A stretch of DNA of 43,938 nucleotides, from positions 1-43,938 of the forward strand of contig JBNGDT010000004.1 in assembly GCA_049975305.1 (NCBI GenBank). The letters run 5' to 3'. Position 1 is the stretch's first letter, and each line of letters begins with the position of its first letter. Positions 1 to 9,812 of this stretch are shown here, piece by piece. The translations under genes were made by a program, and so were the position numbers. The notes under the pieces were generated by a model, which saw nothing but the letters and a program-made list of their open reading frames with translations, searched no databases and had not been told where the DNA came from. The DNA is from Bacteroidales bacterium. GTDB taxonomy: Bacteria > Bacteroidota > Bacteroidia > Bacteroidales > ML635J-15.

Positions 1-2
1 CA

Positions 3-98
3 TCCACCGGAGTGTATTTTTACATCATCAAAGGTGAAGGTATTGATGGATATGTTTATGATCTTCAGGGACCATTCCACCTGATCAGGAATAAGTAA
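3..98 (+). CDS. 3' end of a protein with a type-B T9SS (gliding-motility-associated, CHU_C-like) C-terminal domain; partial at window edge
   Basis: Manual translation from position 3 gives STGVYFYIIKGEGIDGYVYDLQGPFHLIRNK*. This matches the 'GVYFYII...G.(F/L).LIR' ending of type-B CTDs and the C-terminus of 772..2550. Confidence 0.8.
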   Translation, partial: STGVYFYIIKGEGIDGYVYDLQGPFHLIRNK

Positions 99-112
99 AC
101 CATAAATAAATG

Positions 113-152
113 AAAAAAACGGCTGTCTTTCAGAACAAAGACAGCCTTTTTT
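113..152. terminator. Intrinsic terminator, probably bidirectional
   Basis: A-run, GGCTGTCTTT / CAGAAC loop / AAAGACAGCC, then a T-run. Confidence 0.85.
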
Positions 153-194
153 AATTAATTTTATGTAAGGAACAATTTATTATTGAACTTCAGA

Positions 195-220
195 CAACGA
201 AACAGAACAAAAAACTGTCT
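195..220 (+). promoter_or_regulatory. Possible ECF-type (autoregulatory) promoter
   Basis: CAAC-N17-TGTCT just upstream of the ECF sigma gene, resembling AAC...GTC ECF promoters. Confidence 0.3.
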
Positions 221-235
221 GATTAATGAAAAAAG

Positions 236-775
236 ATGAGGGAGGAAAAAAAACTTGTTAAAAGATGTCAACTGAGAGACGGAAAAGCTTTTAATAAGCT
301 TTATGAAAAATATGCTCCTGTTCTGTTTGCGATTTGTATGCGATACGGTAAAAACCAGGCAGAGGCTGAAGACATCCTGCAAGAATCATTCCTTACGATA
401 TTTAATAAAATTGAAACGTATAGATTTGAAGGTTCTTTTGAAGGCTGGATGAAACGAATAACTGTAAACACTGCAATTAACCTGTTACGGTCAAAAAACC
501 ATCAATTGTACCGAATAAAGTCTGATGAGTATGATCAAGTTAAGTTTGAAGGGTATGATGCAATTTCAAAATTGAATGAGGAAGAAATTTTAAAATGCAT
601 ACAAAATCTACCAGTGGGATACCGGACTGTATTTAATTTGCATGTGGTTGAAGGATACAAGCACAGAGAAATAGCGGAGTTATTGATGATAAGTGAAAAT
701 ACTTCACGAACACAGTTGGGAAAAGCCAGACAGGCCTTGATAAAAGAAATGGAGAAGTTAGGTTATAAATTATGA
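236..775 (+). CDS. RNA polymerase ECF-type sigma-70 factor
   Basis: Region 2 (AEDILQESFLTIF...FEGSFEGWMKRITVN) and region 4 (LPVGYRTVFNLHVVEGYKHREIAELL...TSRTQL); 179 aa. Confidence 0.95.
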   Translation: MREEKKLVKRCQLRDGKAFNKLYEKYAPVLFAICMRYGKNQAEAEDILQESFLTIFNKIETYRFEGSFEGWMKRITVNTAINLLRSKNHQLYRIKSDEYDQVKFEGYDAISKLNEEEILKCIQNLPVGYRTVFNLHVVEGYKHREIAELLMISENTSRTQLGKARQALIKEMEKLGYKL

Positions 776-2550
776 ATACATTTGATAAACATATCAGAGA
801 CAAAATGACCAGGATGGAGGTCAATCCATCCAGGGAAGTGTCTGAACGGATAAAATCAACCAAGCCCAGGCCATATTTTAAACATTTGTTTAAACGTTAT
901 GGGTATTGGTTTGCCGCTGGAATTGCAGTAATTGGAATTTTATCCTTAGTTGTTTTTGATCATCTGTTTGTAAACAACAGATCAAACGATAATACAATTT
1001 CACAATCGCAGGAACAACTCGATAATCACACTCAAAATATATCATCACTAAACAACAATTCAGATAATCCTGAACAAGATAGCAAAGCAGTTGTGACAGT
1101 GGATGCGCATAAAAATGACATTCGGCACACTGAACATAAAGAAATACATAGTTACAAAAATAATATTGTCCTTACTTCTGATACGAAAGGAAGCTGGTTG
1201 TGCAAATCGAATGCTGACATTATCACCACAAACTATAATGAATGTGTCATTCATTGTCCGGATTATGGCAATTACAAAATGCTGTGGTTTAACGACAATG
1301 GAGATACCGTTTATTATCATATTGAATACATGGAAATGCCACAGATATTCTCATCAAAAGATACAACTGTTAAAGGACTGAAGTGCAGGATTTCCTGTAA
1401 TACAAATGATGGAAACTGGCAAGTACCGGAAGGCATAGAATTGACCGCTTTAAGCGACAAAAACATAATTATTTCAGCTAACAAACCAGGTCATTATATG
1501 GTGATTCGTACAGAAAAAGATTCAATTGGCAGGTATTCGGACACAATTTCAGTACATTTTATTGATTCACAAAATAAATACAAGGTGGTTTTACGTCCAG
1601 TTTGTCCCGGAGAGAGTGCTGTAATTGTTGTAGACAAAGGATTTGTACCCGTAGCTGAGGAAATGAACTGCATAAAAAGCGGTGAGGATACATTCAGGCT
1701 GACATTTATGCCTTCAGCTTCAGAATTAGCAATATGTAGTATCATAGATGAAAAAACCGGAAATAAAATCGAATCTATAAAGTTTAATATACCCAAAAAA
1801 GTAGAACTCAATTATGAAACGCATCCCAAAACATGCAAAAACAACGGGACTGTTTTTGTGAAGGATAACCCGGACATTGTTGAGATTTATCTGGATGATA
1901 ATAATAAAGTGGAAGTTGGGAAACACATTGACCTGGAAGCAGGCAATTACACACTCACATGGAAAGATACACGCGGATGCATAGATAGCAGTGAAATAAC
2001 CATAAATCAGGCTGATATCCTAAATGCAGATTTTGAACTGGAGATATCCCTTGACGGATTTTCTGCCAGGACCACTAATCTGACAAACTATGCCGATCAA
2101 ACATATTCCGACAACCTTTATTATGAATGGTATGTCAATGGAAATTTACAAAGTACTGCAAAAGAACCAGAACTTCAGCTTGATGAACTAATCAATAGTG
2201 TTAAGTTATACGTTACAGATGGTAAATTGTGCTCCGATTCGATGATTAAAAAAGATATCATACCTGATCAATCACCCATTCGCGTTCCAAACTTCTTCAC
2301 ACCCAATAATGACGGATATTTTGATCAATTCAAAGTATTGATTGACTCCCGGTTAACCGATTTTAAAGCTATTATTACTTCCCGTTCCGGACAAACTGTT
2401 TATGAATGGTCTGATCCCTCTAAAGGATGGGATGGAAAAATTTTCGGCAATGAAAACGCCAGCGAAGGGGTGTATTTTTACATCATTCAGGCCTATGATT
2501 CCACCGGCCTGGCAATTGAAAAACGCGGTACTTTGCAGTTGATCCGTTAA
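772..2550 (+). CDS. Anti-sigma-like membrane protein with Ig/PKD-like repeats and a C-terminal type-B T9SS sorting domain
   Basis: 4-nt overlap with the sigma gene. N-terminal 'FDKHIRDKM...EVNPSREV..RI', one TM helix (YWFAAGIAVIGILSLVVF), an N/S/Q-rich linker, beta-rich repeats, and C-terminal 'VPNFFTPNNDGYFDQF...WDG...GVYFYII...GTLQLIR'. Confidence 0.85.
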   Translation: MNTFDKHIRDKMTRMEVNPSREVSERIKSTKPRPYFKHLFKRYGYWFAAGIAVIGILSLVVFDHLFVNNRSNDNTISQSQEQLDNHTQNISSLNNNSDNPEQDSKAVVTVDAHKNDIRHTEHKEIHSYKNNIVLTSDTKGSWLCKSNADIITTNYNECVIHCPDYGNYKMLWFNDNGDTVYYHIEYMEMPQIFSSKDTTVKGLKCRISCNTNDGNWQVPEGIELTALSDKNIIISANKPGHYMVIRTEKDSIGRYSDTISVHFIDSQNKYKVVLRPVCPGESAVIVVDKGFVPVAEEMNCIKSGEDTFRLTFMPSASELAICSIIDEKTGNKIESIKFNIPKKVELNYETHPKTCKNNGTVFVKDNPDIVEIYLDDNNKVEVGKHIDLEAGNYTLTWKDTRGCIDSSEITINQADILNADFELEISLDGFSARTTNLTNYADQTYSDNLYYEWYVNGNLQSTAKEPELQLDELINSVKLYVTDGKLCSDSMIKKDIIPDQSPIRVPNFFTPNNDGYFDQFKVLIDSRLTDFKAIITSRSGQTVYEWSDPSKGWDGKIFGNENASEGVYFYIIQAYDSTGLAIEKRGTLQLIR

Positions 2551-2670
2551 ACACGAAAGCACCAAAGCGAGATGGAACGAGAGCAAGATCGAAGAAAGAA
2601 TAAAAATACATAATGAACTAAAAGGTTATTACTTTACATCTCGTGCTCTCATGCTTTCGTCCATTCGTGC
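2551..2670. repeat. Inverted array of degenerate 8-mer units (GCACGARA-like)
   Basis: Left arm 2551-2598: acacgaaa gcaccaaa gcgagatg gaacgaga gcaagatc. The right arm 2637-2670 reverse-complements to gcacgaat ggacgaaa gcatgaga gcacgaga. Confidence 0.75.
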
Positions 2671-2783
2671 GTAGTTCCCTGACTTTTATGTTGATTTCTA
2701 ATTTTCGGCATCCATTTTGCAAGATTTTGTTAAACAAGTGAGCTTTGCTATTTTTACACCATAATAATTTTGGGCAACATATC

Positions 2784-4340
2784 ATGAGACTAAGAACAGG
2801 GAAATATGTGTTGATTTTGGTATTAATATGCTGGTTAAAACATGGATTTGGACAGCGTAATATAATCAGGGGAGATGAAGCCTTTGAGCGCGAGCAATAC
2901 AAAACAGCCATTGATTATTACCAGGAAGCTTTTGAACGGGGCGATAAATCCAGAAAAACAAGGGCTGAAGCTTCTTTCAAAACAGCAAGAGCATATATGA
3001 AAATTTCAGATCCGAAAAGTGCTCTGGAACATTATAATAGGGCTGAAAGATACAATTACGAAAACGATAACATGTATTTTGAAATGGCAGATGCATACCT
3101 TCAGTATGAAGAATTTGATTCCGCACTACTGGCCATAGAAAAATATGAGAAAATTCATCCCAATGATCCCAGGGTGGATAAAGAAATTGAAAAAATTAAT
3201 AGAACATTGGAAATGCTCGAAAATCCAACAAACATTTCTGTTAAGCTGGCAGCCATTTTGAACTCAGGGGAAATGGATTTTTGCCCTTTTTACGGCTATA
3301 AAGATTACGATAAGATTTATTTTACCTCTTCACGATCAATACTTGATGATCCGGATATTAACATGGAATCGGGTCAGCTTTTTACCGATATTTATAAGGC
3401 CGAACGTGATAAAAACGGGCAATGGAATTTGCCGAAAAAATCCTTGGGTGCCGTAAACACAAAGTATGATGAAGGTGTTGCCAGTTTAAACAGGCGTTAC
3501 AATGTGCTTTATTTTACACGCTGTGATTATGACCCTAAGGCAGACCGGCCATGTCGTTTATATAAAGCCAAAAGAAGAGGATCATACTGGGCAGATATCA
3601 GTGAGGTGATCATCCCTGGTATTCCAAAAGGAATCAGCATCGGACATCCTTCAATTTCTGATGATGAATGTGTCTTGTATTTTGTGGCTGATTCCATGCT
3701 TGGTGGCTATGGTGGTAAAGACATTTATAAAGTAACACGGGAACGTAAATCCAAACCATGGAGCTCCCCAAAAAACCTTGGGCCAGATATAAATACCGAA
3801 AAAGACGATTGTTTCCCGTATATACGTAAAAACGGGTTGTTGTATTTTGCCTCTGACGGGCACAACAGCATGGGAGGCCTGGATATTTTTGAAGCCAGAT
3901 GTACCGGAACAGCATCATACGAGGTTAGAAATATGAAATGCCCGGTAAATTCACCTGCCGATGATTTTGGTATCGTGTTTAGAGATGATAAAGAAGAAGG
4001 ATTTTTTACATCTCAACGAAGAGGCGGTGTAGGAAAATCCGATATTTATCATTTCTTTATTCCCGGCATTACTGTTCAGGTCTATGGAACCGTGTATGAC
4101 AAATTAACCAAAGAACCCGTTGAAAATGTATTGGCAGAACTTTGCGGGCAGGATGGTAATGTTATTGAATCAACCCTTACGACGCCTGACGGGAATTATG
4201 AAATTACCGTTAAACCGGATAATGTATATCAGATATACTTCAGAAAACAGCCATACGTGCCTGCAAGCAAGCGCATTACAACATACGATATAATAAGCAG
4301 TAAAAAAATAAAGCAAGACATATTTCTTGAAATCCGGTGA
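2784..4340 (+). CDS. PorE-like TPR + PD40 beta-propeller + carboxypeptidase-regulatory-like protein, lacking the OmpA domain
   Basis: ATG at 2784 gives a signal peptide ending FG-Q. TPR helices and PD40 motifs (NLGPDINT, LYFASDGHNSMGGLDIF, PVNSPADDFGI) follow, then a CarboxypepD_reg-like C-terminus. It is a clear paralogue of 4410..6494 but stops before OmpA_C. Confidence 0.85.
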   Translation: MRLRTGKYVLILVLICWLKHGFGQRNIIRGDEAFEREQYKTAIDYYQEAFERGDKSRKTRAEASFKTARAYMKISDPKSALEHYNRAERYNYENDNMYFEMADAYLQYEEFDSALLAIEKYEKIHPNDPRVDKEIEKINRTLEMLENPTNISVKLAAILNSGEMDFCPFYGYKDYDKIYFTSSRSILDDPDINMESGQLFTDIYKAERDKNGQWNLPKKSLGAVNTKYDEGVASLNRRYNVLYFTRCDYDPKADRPCRLYKAKRRGSYWADISEVIIPGIPKGISIGHPSISDDECVLYFVADSMLGGYGGKDIYKVTRERKSKPWSSPKNLGPDINTEKDDCFPYIRKNGLLYFASDGHNSMGGLDIFEARCTGTASYEVRNMKCPVNSPADDFGIVFRDDKEEGFFTSQRRGGVGKSDIYHFFIPGITVQVYGTVYDKLTKEPVENVLAELCGQDGNVIESTLTTPDGNYEITVKPDNVYQIYFRKQPYVPASKRITTYDIISSKKIKQDIFLEIR

Positions 4341-4409
4341 TGTTTTTATCTAAATATCTTTTGGTTTTAATAGAATTAATTATTTTAGTAAACTGAAAAA
4401 CTATATATT

Positions 4410-6494
4410 ATGAAACGATTGATCATTTTAACGCTTTTTACAGCCATGTTTATGTACATCGCTAGTGCCCAAACAGTGGTAAAAAAGGGTGATGTAGCCT
4501 GGGACCAATACCGGTATAAAGAAGCCATTGAGTATTATACCGAAGCATTGCCAGGTTTGAAAAGTTCTGAACAAATAGCTTTGGTTGCTTACAGAGTCGG
4601 TTTTTGTTATCGTGAAATGAGGGATTCACAAAAAGCCGAAGAATATTTTCGTATAGCACTCAAAGCAAATTCTCAACGTTTACAACCAGAGGCAAGGTTA
4701 TTTTATGCCGATGCATTGCGCATGAATGGTAAATATGAGGATGCCATCGAAGTGTATAAAACTTATCTGGATCTCGTTCCCAATGATCACAGGGCTAAAG
4801 TTGGTATTGAATCATGTAAAAGAGTACCCCAATGGGAAAATCAGCCTGCACGTTATGTGGTAAGCACAATGGCATATTTTAACTCACTTGAACAAGATTT
4901 TGCCCCTGCCTGGGGAAATGACGATTATTCTACAGTCTATTTTACTACATCCAGAGAAGGCACCATGGGAGATCGAAATAACCTGAAAAGCGGGCAAAAA
5001 TTTACGGATATATTTATGATCGAACAAGACAGGAAAGGAAACTGGAGCGAAGCAGTGCCTGTTACAGGATATATTAATTCCGAAGAGGATGAAGGTGCTG
5101 TGTGTGTTAACAACAAAGGCAATTTAATGTATTTTACACGGTGTTTCAGTGGAGATAATATTGATATCCCCTGTCAGATTTTTACAGCAACCCAACGCGG
5201 ACGTGCCTGGAGTGGTATTGAAAAACTCGACATTCCAGGATTTGAAACTTATGAAGTGGGATACCCGGAACTTTCTCCTGATGAAACAAAATTATACTTC
5301 TCTGCCATTGCTCCAAACGGATTTGGGGGGAGCGACCTGTATGTGTTGACCAGACCCAATACTAAAGCTGAATGGGGGCAGCCTATTAATCTTGGTAAAC
5401 CTATCAATACTGCTGGCGATGAAACATTTCCTACCATCAGATCTGATGGTACCTTATATTTTGCTTCCGATGGTCATATTGGTATGGGAGGCCTTGATAT
5501 ATTTGAAGCCAAGCCTGATGGAAAAGGTGGTTTTGAAGAACCGGTTAACCTGAGACCTCCTATTAACTCACAAGCTGATGATTTTAAAATTATCTTTAAA
5601 GGAGAACAGAATGTTGGGTATTTTTCATCCAACAGGCCAGGAGGAAAAGGCATGGATGATATATACCAGTTCTACATGCCTCCATTGGATATTTCAGTCA
5701 GGGGAGTGGTCAGGGATACAACCAATCCAAAATTTCCGTACCGCATCAAGGGGGCTAAAATACAACTTATGACCGACGAAGGCCTTCAACAGGCTTTTGA
5801 AACCAGCGATGACGGAACCTATGTTTTTAAAAACCTGGATGAAGAAACAGATTACATACTAAAAGCCTCTGTCGGTGAAAATTATTTTGCTAATACTTAC
5901 AGTTTTACCACTCGTGGTATCAGAAGGGATACATCCATTGTCATTGATATCAACATGGCAAGCATTCCGAAAATTATTGAATTGCCTAACATTGAATATG
6001 ACCTGGATAAGGCAACCTTGCGGCCTGAATCAACGGTGGCTTTGGATGGGCTTGTGAAAACACTGAATGATAACCCTCACCTCACTATTGAATTGAGAGC
6101 ACATACCGACTTTAGGGGTAGCGATGAACACAACATGGAGTTGTCTGATGCACGTGCCAAATCCTGTGTTGATTACCTCACTGAAAAAGGAATTGATAAA
6201 GACAGATTAACATGGCGGGGCTTTGGTGAGTCTATGCCCCGGGTCATTGATTCAACACTGGCTGGAAAATATAATTTCCTGAAACCCGGAGATATCCTCA
6301 CTGAAGGGTTTATTCTTGACCTCCGGTCAGAAGAACAACGGGAAATCGCACATCAGTTAAACCGTAGAACAGAGTTTAGTGTCAAATCAAAAAATTATGG
6401 GCTTAAACCTGGAGAAGACCCCTTTGAAATGGAAAATGAGAATGTTATTAAAAAAGGCGATGCTGAAATTGAAGTCGGTGGCGGCGAATTTTAA
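4410..6494 (+). CDS. PorE-like OmpA-family protein (TPR + PD40 + CarboxypepD_reg + OmpA_C peptidoglycan-binding)
   Basis: Signal peptide ASA-Q, TPRs, PD40 repeats, and OmpA_C motifs (NIEYDLDKATLR, AHTDFRGSDEHNMELSDARA, NRRTEF). Confidence 0.92.
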   Translation: MKRLIILTLFTAMFMYIASAQTVVKKGDVAWDQYRYKEAIEYYTEALPGLKSSEQIALVAYRVGFCYREMRDSQKAEEYFRIALKANSQRLQPEARLFYADALRMNGKYEDAIEVYKTYLDLVPNDHRAKVGIESCKRVPQWENQPARYVVSTMAYFNSLEQDFAPAWGNDDYSTVYFTTSREGTMGDRNNLKSGQKFTDIFMIEQDRKGNWSEAVPVTGYINSEEDEGAVCVNNKGNLMYFTRCFSGDNIDIPCQIFTATQRGRAWSGIEKLDIPGFETYEVGYPELSPDETKLYFSAIAPNGFGGSDLYVLTRPNTKAEWGQPINLGKPINTAGDETFPTIRSDGTLYFASDGHIGMGGLDIFEAKPDGKGGFEEPVNLRPPINSQADDFKIIFKGEQNVGYFSSNRPGGKGMDDIYQFYMPPLDISVRGVVRDTTNPKFPYRIKGAKIQLMTDEGLQQAFETSDDGTYVFKNLDEETDYILKASVGENYFANTYSFTTRGIRRDTSIVIDINMASIPKIIELPNIEYDLDKATLRPESTVALDGLVKTLNDNPHLTIELRAHTDFRGSDEHNMELSDARAKSCVDYLTEKGIDKDRLTWRGFGESMPRVIDSTLAGKYNFLKPGDILTEGFILDLRSEEQREIAHQLNRRTEFSVKSKNYGLKPGEDPFEMENENVIKKGDAEIEVGGGEF

Positions 6495-6512
6495 CTTGTT
6501 AAAATACTATTT

Positions 6513-6548
6513 AGGCGTCCATTGAATGTAGATGGACGCCTTTTATTT
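6513..6548 (+). terminator. Intrinsic terminator
   Basis: AGGCGTCCAT / loop / ATGGACGCCT followed by TTTATTT. Confidence 0.85.
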
Positions 6549-6576
6549 GTTTAGAATGATGATGTCAAATTAAATA

Positions 6577-7749
6577 ATGAAAAATTTTTCTGATAAATAC
6601 AGCAAAAGAGGAGTTTCTGCAGCCAAAGAAGATGTCCACAACGCTTTGAAAAACATGGATAAAGGAATTTTTCCCAATGCTTTTTGCAAAATTTTACCCG
6701 ATATACTTGGGGGCGATGATGATTTCTGTAATATCATGCATGCTGATGGCGCCGGCACAAAATCTGCCCTGGCCTATTTGTACTGGAAAGAAACAGGAGA
6801 TTTAAGTGTGTGGAAAGGCATTGCCCAGGATGCTGTGGTGATGAACCTCGACGACCTCCTCTGTGTGGGGGCTACCAATAATATTCTGCTGTCATCTACC
6901 ATTGGAAGAAATAAAAATAAAATCCCCGCTGAAGTGATTGCTGCTATTATTCAGGGGACTGAAGATGTGTTGGAACAATTACGCAAACAGAATATTGATA
7001 TTTTCCTTACCGGTGGCGAAACTGCAGATGTCGGTGACCTTGTGCGAACAATAATAGTGGACTCTACCGTGACATGCCGCATGAAAAAAGATGAAGTCAT
7101 CTCTAATGACCGAATAAGCCATGGTGATGTGATCGTTGGACTGGCAAGTTACGGACAAACATCCTATGAAAATCAATACAATTCCGGCATCGGAAGCAAC
7201 GGACTGACATCCGCCAGGCATGATGTGTTTTCCCATGTTCTGGCTGAAAAATACCCGGAAGCATTTGACCCCGAAATTCCTGATGAGCTGGTTTTTTCAG
7301 GCTCAAAATCACTGACTGACATCATCCGGGAAACAGGAATGGATGCCGGAAAACTTGTGTTATCACCAACAAGGACCTATGCCCCCGTCGTTAAAGAAGT
7401 ACTGGATAACCACCGCCGTGATATTCACGGCATGATCCATTGCAGTGGAGGAGCTCAGACAAAGGTCATGAATTTTGTTTCGAACAAGCACATTGTAAAA
7501 GATAACATGTTCATTACCCCGCCACTTTTTAAGTTGATACAACAGGAATCCGGAACCAGCTGGCAGGAAATGTACCAGGTGTTTAACATGGGACATCGTT
7601 TTGAGTTTTATGTGGATGAAAACACAGCAAAACACATTATTGATATCGCTGCAAAGTTCAATCTTGAAGCACAAATCATCGGTCATGTGGAAAATGCAAA
7701 TGAAAATAAACTGACGATTATGTCAGAACACGGAATTTTTAATTATTAA
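6577..7749 (+). CDS. purM: Phosphoribosylformylglycinamidine cyclo-ligase (AIR synthase), Bacteroidota type
   Basis: RGVSAAKEDVH, HADGAGTKS, TGGETADVGD, HCSGGAQTK and FNMGHR motifs. Confidence 0.93.
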   Translation: MKNFSDKYSKRGVSAAKEDVHNALKNMDKGIFPNAFCKILPDILGGDDDFCNIMHADGAGTKSALAYLYWKETGDLSVWKGIAQDAVVMNLDDLLCVGATNNILLSSTIGRNKNKIPAEVIAAIIQGTEDVLEQLRKQNIDIFLTGGETADVGDLVRTIIVDSTVTCRMKKDEVISNDRISHGDVIVGLASYGQTSYENQYNSGIGSNGLTSARHDVFSHVLAEKYPEAFDPEIPDELVFSGSKSLTDIIRETGMDAGKLVLSPTRTYAPVVKEVLDNHRRDIHGMIHCSGGAQTKVMNFVSNKHIVKDNMFITPPLFKLIQQESGTSWQEMYQVFNMGHRFEFYVDENTAKHIIDIAAKFNLEAQIIGHVENANENKLTIMSEHGIFNY

Positions 7750-7764
7750 ACCTGTCTTTTAGGT

Positions 7765-8856
7765 ATGAAAGAAAACATGATACTCAACAAACTTGAAGGC
7801 GTGAAAAAGCGCTATGAGGAAGTTGAAAAACTGTTGTCTGAACCATCAGTAACAGCAGATATGGATAAATACATCAAATTAAACAAGGAATTCAAAGACC
7901 TGGAGCCTGTCATTGAAGCTTATGATAAATACCTGGAAATCATCAACGGCATTGAAGATGCCAAAGAAATGCTGGATACAGAAAATGACGGGGAAATGCG
8001 TGATATGGCAAAACAGGAACTGGAGGAGCTGGAAGCCAAAAAAGAGCCCATGGAAGAAAAGATCAAATTCCTGTTGATTCCCAAAGACCCTGAAGATGAG
8101 AAAAATGCTGTACTGGAGATCAGAGCAGGATCAGGAGGCGATGAAGCCAGTATTTTTGCAGGTGAATTGTTCCGAATGTACACAAAATTTTGTGAATCAA
8201 AAAACTGGAGCATTGATGTAACCCGTTTTACTGAAGGCACACAAGGAGGTTTTAAGGAAATTGTTGCTAATGTGAGTGGTGACGGTGTGTATGGCGTGTT
8301 AAAATATGAATCCGGGGTGCACAGGGTACAACGGGTTCCCCAGACAGAAACCCAGGGAAGGGTACATACTTCTGCTGCATCTGTTGCGGTATTGCCTGAA
8401 GCTGAAGAAGTGGATATTGAAATAAACCCCACTGATATTAAACGCGATGAGTTTTGTTCTTCGGGACCCGGCGGGCAAAGTGTTAATACAACGTATTCAG
8501 CGATAAGGCTAACCCATATCCCTACAGGGATTGTGGTAATGTGCCAGGATGAAAAATCCAAGCTGAAAAACCTGAACGCCGCCATGAAAGAACTCAGAAC
8601 AAGGTTATATAACCTCGAACACCAAAAATACCTTGATGATATTGCATCCAAACGGAAAACCATGGTATCTACCGGCGACCGCTCTGCCAAAATACGAACT
8701 TATAATTTTCCACAGGGGCGCGTTACAGACCATCGTATTAACCTGACATTATATAACCTGCCGGAAATCATGAATGGCAATCTCATGGAAATCATTGAAA
8801 AGCTCAATATGGCTGAAAATGCCGAAAGGCTTAAAAGTGAAACCAATGAAGCATAA
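7765..8856 (+). CDS. prfA: Peptide chain release factor 1
   Basis: GGQ motif (SSGPGGQSVN), RF1-specific PxT (RVPQTE), ESGVHRVQR, IRTYNFPQGRVTDHRI. Confidence 0.98.
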   Translation: MKENMILNKLEGVKKRYEEVEKLLSEPSVTADMDKYIKLNKEFKDLEPVIEAYDKYLEIINGIEDAKEMLDTENDGEMRDMAKQELEELEAKKEPMEEKIKFLLIPKDPEDEKNAVLEIRAGSGGDEASIFAGELFRMYTKFCESKNWSIDVTRFTEGTQGGFKEIVANVSGDGVYGVLKYESGVHRVQRVPQTETQGRVHTSAASVAVLPEAEEVDIEINPTDIKRDEFCSSGPGGQSVNTTYSAIRLTHIPTGIVVMCQDEKSKLKNLNAAMKELRTRLYNLEHQKYLDDIASKRKTMVSTGDRSAKIRTYNFPQGRVTDHRINLTLYNLPEIMNGNLMEIIEKLNMAENAERLKSETNEA

Positions 8857-8923
8857 TCTCTCTATTCTAAATCTAACAACAATTTATTAGATTAGAGCTA
8901 TTATAATTTAATACTACTAACTC

Positions 8924-9757
8924 ATGACCAGTGAACAACTTTTTCAACGCATCAAAGAAAAAAAATCTTTTCTTTGTGTTGGCCTCGACACAGACATTGA
9001 CAGGATACCACCCCATTTGAAAAATATCGGTGATCCTGTTTTTGAATTTAACAAAACCATTGTAAATGCTACAGCTTCTTATGCCATTGCCTATAAACCA
9101 AACCTAGCATTTTATGAAAGACTGGGTTCTGCCGGCATTTTATCCCTTGAAAAAACATTGAAATTTATCCGTAATAATTTTCCCGGGTTATTTGTGATTG
9201 CAGATGCAAAACGGGGAGATATTGGCAACACTTCGGCTTTGTATGCACGTACATTTTTTGAAAAAATGGATTTCGATGCCGTTACTGTAGCACCATACAT
9301 GGGAAAAGATTCGGTCACGCCTTTTTTGGGCTTCGATGGTAAATATGTCATTCTCCTTGCATTGACATCAAACCCCGGGGCTGATGATTTTCAATATCTT
9401 TGTGATGGCACAGATAAATTGTTTGAGAAAGTCTTGAAAACATCCCTGCATTGGGCAGATAAGAATGCCATGATGTATGTGGTGGGAGCTACACGGGCAA
9501 ACATGCTTGCCGGTATCAGAAAGATCGTTCCGGAGCATTTTTTGCTTGTCCCGGGAGTGGGAGAGCAGGGTGGGAGCCTTGAAGAGGTGGCAAAATATGG
9601 GATGAATAGACAATGCGGACTGATCGTAAATTCTTCACGTGGTATTATTTATGCCAGAAATGATGAGGAGTTTGCAAATGCCGCAAAAGAAAAAGCTCAC
9701 GAAATGCAACAGGCAATGGAAAAATTGCTTATCAGTGCCGGCCTTGTTAGCGCATAA
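8924..9757 (+). CDS. pyrF: Orotidine-5'-phosphate decarboxylase
   Basis: [34 protein letters not shown] and NSSRGI motifs. Confidence 0.96.
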   Translation: MTSEQLFQRIKEKKSFLCVGLDTDIDRIPPHLKNIGDPVFEFNKTIVNATASYAIAYKPNLAFYERLGSAGILSLEKTLKFIRNNFPGLFVIADAKRGDIGNTSALYARTFFEKMDFDAVTVAPYMGKDSVTPFLGFDGKYVILLALTSNPGADDFQYLCDGTDKLFEKVLKTSLHWADKNAMMYVVGATRANMLAGIRKIVPEHFLLVPGVGEQGGSLEEVAKYGMNRQCGLIVNSSRGIIYARNDEEFANAAKEKAHEMQQAMEKLLISAGLVSA

Positions 9758-9812
9758 CTCTGAATTAAAGCAAGTAATAAGATTTTAAGCCATTCTTTAG
9801 GCTAAAACTGAA

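Noticed and set aside
7920-8690. Long antisense ORF (256 aa) opposite prfA; likewise 24711..25478, 39767..40249, 40798..41235 and 41490..41903
   Set aside because: These are shadow frames fully overlapping well-supported genes, explained by codon bias on the coding strand.
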